A stretch of DNA of 64,000 nucleotides from NCBI RefSeq assembly GCF_003704095.1, contig NW_020846126.1, positions 124,001-188,000 on the forward strand. Reading direction: 5' to 3'. The position numbers were made by a program, and so were the translations under genes. Positions 60,717-64,000 of the stretch are shown here, piece by piece. This stretch comes from Pocillopora damicornis (Eukaryota). The notes beneath the pieces were generated by a model. It did not search any database and had not been told where the DNA came from. It saw only the letters and a list, made by a program, of their open reading frames with translations. The stretch's first letter is position 1. Every line of letters starts with the position of its first letter.

Positions 60717-62076
60717 TTCGAGATCAAATTTTACCTCTTGTTTGTGTTCCCAAAATACCAGTTAAGCCAGCAGCGACGCTCGCCTTTCTTGTTGCCCTTT
60801 ACTGCGAAGGAAAGTGTGGGATGAAGGGCAAGGCGCACAGACTTTAAAAACAGTCAAACCGTTATTAGGAAAAAGAAGATGATAAAGAAAGTCAATTTAC
60901 GGCGTTTACTACCTCAATCAGAATATAAATTAACAGTATAACTGAATTAAATCAAACGCCAATTTATTAGAGAAGGGTATAATAGTCTCCTTATGGGTAA
61001 TTGACAAACCGTGGCCATGAATACGAAAAGTAATTTCCAATCTAATTTTCACTGTGCCTAGATTCTTGAGTGTGAAAGCAGACTTAAGAAATGAAATAAT
61101 ATATTGACCGTTTTTTTTTTAAACAATAACGCCATATCGTTGCAATTATAACTAACAAAGTGCTGATTTTGTGCTTGGAAAATTAAGAGCGATAGGATTG
61201 CACAGAAAATTGTTAGTGATTACCTTTATGTCTTTATTCCTCTGAAAGCGAGTTCCCTTCTTTGTACAGATGTGACGTAACATTAAAAACCGAGTATGTT
61301 TTGCCCTAACGAAAACATTGTTGATCCTTGATAAACAAATTATGATTTGCCAATTACATCGTTGGATGCCAATTAACGAATTAATTTCTGTTTAATTATC
61401 ATAACAGAGAAGAACTTGCCGTGTAAATAACTAATTATTGTTTCAAGGTCTTATTAATTAGTTTCAGTTTTGTTGTAGCCGTATTTTAGAAATGATACAA
61501 TGAATATTACAGTGAAGAAAAAGTGGAAAAACTAAATCACGACGAACTGGGGGGCAAAAACTGAAATGAGGAATATCAAATATTCATTATCTGTGATGGG
61601 AATGTATTTCTCTCTTTCTTTGCCATCAAGAAAGTGAAAGAATTATCATATCTAAATAATAAAAATCTGCGACAAGCGAAAGTTGGCGCGCAACACGAAA
61701 ACATGTCCGGGGTACCGCGCCCCTTCTCACTCGTAGGTCCCGTTCAGCGATAATTTTGTTTTATACTTGCTCGCCGAACTTCGCCGAGATTAAGGCATTG
61801 AATTGTTGAAACAGTAACCTGTATGAAGAAAATCGAGAGGCGTACTTGCAGAAATGGGCATAATTAAGTAGGCCACCAAATATGAGTTTAATTCCCTTGA
61901 CTCTCAAAATCAGAGACTGTAAGATTCTCGAGCATACAATGATCAAGTAATAAGTACAGTTATATTTACGAAAATAATAAATCATTTCCATGGTATGAAG
62001 TTCTCTTGAATATCTGAGCTTCTTATGCTGGAGGTGTATTTAAAATTCTCTATCCACCCTTCTTGTTGGTTGTTTT

Positions 62077-64000
62077 TCAGACCGTGAATCTCCTCTGCCT
62101 TTTTCTGACCAGCGGTTCATTTACTTGGCATTGCTCATGCGTAGTGTAGTCAACCGTGTAAGCTCTCTTTCTTTGTTTTTCCCGCATGTCGTACCCATTA
62201 CTTTTTGGTTTGAACTCCTCCTGCTGCTGATACCGGTTAAACTTTTCAAAGATGATTGGCAAGAAGGGTGTGATGAGTAAAGCTCCAGACACTGAACACA
62301 CTCCACCTGTTATCTTACCCCCTGTTAGACAACATCAAGAAATTGTTAGGATTGTCTGTCTGAGTACCAGTCCAGCAGTGTGATAGAGAAAATAAGTGTT
62401 ATTTATTGATTACAAAGCCACTCGAATTTCCTGTGATCGTGGAGTTGTCATGGTGAAAATAAGCACGTGAGACCTTACATGGCTTGGTGTATAAGAAGAA
62501 ACACATAATCTCCTTAAGCCTTTTACTCCTTTTTCCCCAAAATATCAAAGCATTTTCCAGAAAACAGGTTGTAAAAAAAAGTCTTATTTTGATAAGACAC
62601 TAAATATTTTGGATAACTCAAAAGGAAAAGTATGGAATTAGCTAAGGAGAAATCCTTATAAGGTATTTGGATACTTCATGAGCCAATAGCCCTGTAATTA
62701 ATCATCATCCCGATGTAAGATAGCGCAAAAGTGAGAGATGCTTGAATTGAAGTAACTATACTCTGAAACCCACGATCAGAAAATTGTAAACAACAGAAAC
62801 CATGATGTTTCTGGAATGTTGTTTTGTCTCAAGGACAAAGCCAATCAAGCGCGAGGAAACTAAACCACAATCAGCAAAGTAATTAGTTTGTGGTTTTGGG
62901 TTTGATCGCGTGCACTGAACTTTATTAAGATCGACCAGTACACAATTGACCTCTCAGGTTCAAATAAAAGCGTTCACGGTTTGCCGGATCTCAATTTGAT
63001 AAGAAAGTAACCCAAACCACTGAAGAATGTATAGAAAACTAGGCTAAGAAACAGCCCCAGGAGTGATATTTCATTCTTACCTAGTGTTTTAGGAACGATA
63101 TCTCCATAGCCGAGCGTTGTTATGGTAACCATAGCCCACCAACAGCTCACCGGGATACTCTCAAACTTAGTCCCCTCGTGCCACTGTTCACAATAGTAAG
63201 CTATGCTCCCAAAGAGAACAGTTCCAATTATGTTCAGAAATAACATTGTCCAGAGGTCACCAATACTGTCCTTGAAAGTTTTTCCCAGTACTTTCATAGT
63301 AGTAACATAGCGAGATATTTTTAATACTCTAAAAACTCTTGACAAACGGAGAATACGCAAAATGTACAATGAGACGCGAATAGATCCAAAGGATATAAAC
63401 AACGAGATGTAGAATGGAACAATGACTACTAAATCGATGATATTCAAAGCTTGAACAAAAAACTTTCGTTTTTCTGGAGAAACGGAAAATCGTGCAATGA
63501 GTTCCAAAGTAAACCATGAAATACAAGAAGCCTCCAAGATATGAACGATCCCTATTTTTTGTGTCTTTGTGGAATGGTTGCCATAACTCGAGTTCTTTGA
63601 TGTGTTCGATGCAGCATTTGATGCCAAGGTCATGGCTTTGTAGTTCCTGAAGGTAGGGAGAGTATCAACACACAGGATTATAGCTGAACAGACAATAACG
63701 AGTAAAGAGAACAAGTTGACCAGCCTAGCTAGTGCGTTTGAATCTGGAACTTCAAAGATCTTCCATACTTCTCTTTGACACTTTCTTAAAGGCATAACTT
63801 GTCTCTTGGTCAAAGCACTTGGCAAGGCTAATTTTGTCTTTTTGATATCTTCGTTAATGTACTCATATAGCCCAAAAAAGTAAAGCTCATCCGCCAGAAG
63901 CTGTTCTGGAAAGTTTTCATCGGGAAACATCAATCGCCCCTTTGACACGTAGAAATGGAACACGGTTTCGAACGCTGTTCGATTCCTGTCGAAGAACAGT
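62077..64000 (-). CDS. Shaker (Kv1)-family voltage-gated K+ channel subunit, probably regulatory/silent type; exons 63081->64000 and 62077-62321
   Basis: T1 FFDRNRTAF...DELYFFGL; QREVWKIFEVPDS; S4 RILRLSRVFRVLKISR; pore WWAMVTITTLGYGDIVPKTL|GGKITG; S6 GALLITPFLPII. 5' end lies outside the window. Confidence 0.92.

Overview
Eukaryotic, AT-rich, intron-dense animal DNA. It is most likely a scleractinian coral or other anthozoan, inferred from gene content, intron size and repeat families. There are two N gaps (55349-55831, 60617-60716). Genes read from the sequence, left to right: 5' end of CBP/p300 (-); intronless adenylyl cyclase 9-like (-); a probable spliced non-coding locus (+) with a 325-bp duplication; coronin-7 (-, ~29 exons); a TFPT/INO80F-like coiled coil fused to an HMG box (-); a Ser-rich mucin-like single-pass membrane protein with a SEA-like domain (-); BBS7 (+, ~23 exons); an 80-aa SLC35A4-uORF/STMP1-family microprotein (-); ataxin-10 (-, 13 exons); an atypical class A GPCR cut by a gap (-); and a Shaker-family Kv subunit with a degenerate S6 gate (-). 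Most notable: (1) CBP-ADCY9-CORO7 lie in the same order and orientation as I recall for human 16p13.3; (2) a homologue of the vertebrate SLC35A4 uORF microprotein sits without SLC35A4, 183 nt behind the ATXN10 stop and behind an orphan splice acceptor; (3) the TFPT-HMG fusion resembles fungal Nhp10/Nht1; (4) two U12-type introns (ATXN10, BBS7); (5) recurrent ZNF143/Staf promoter motifs; (6) a tRNA-containing repeat with a 14-bp target-site duplication. All homology calls come from recalled motifs, not database searches.
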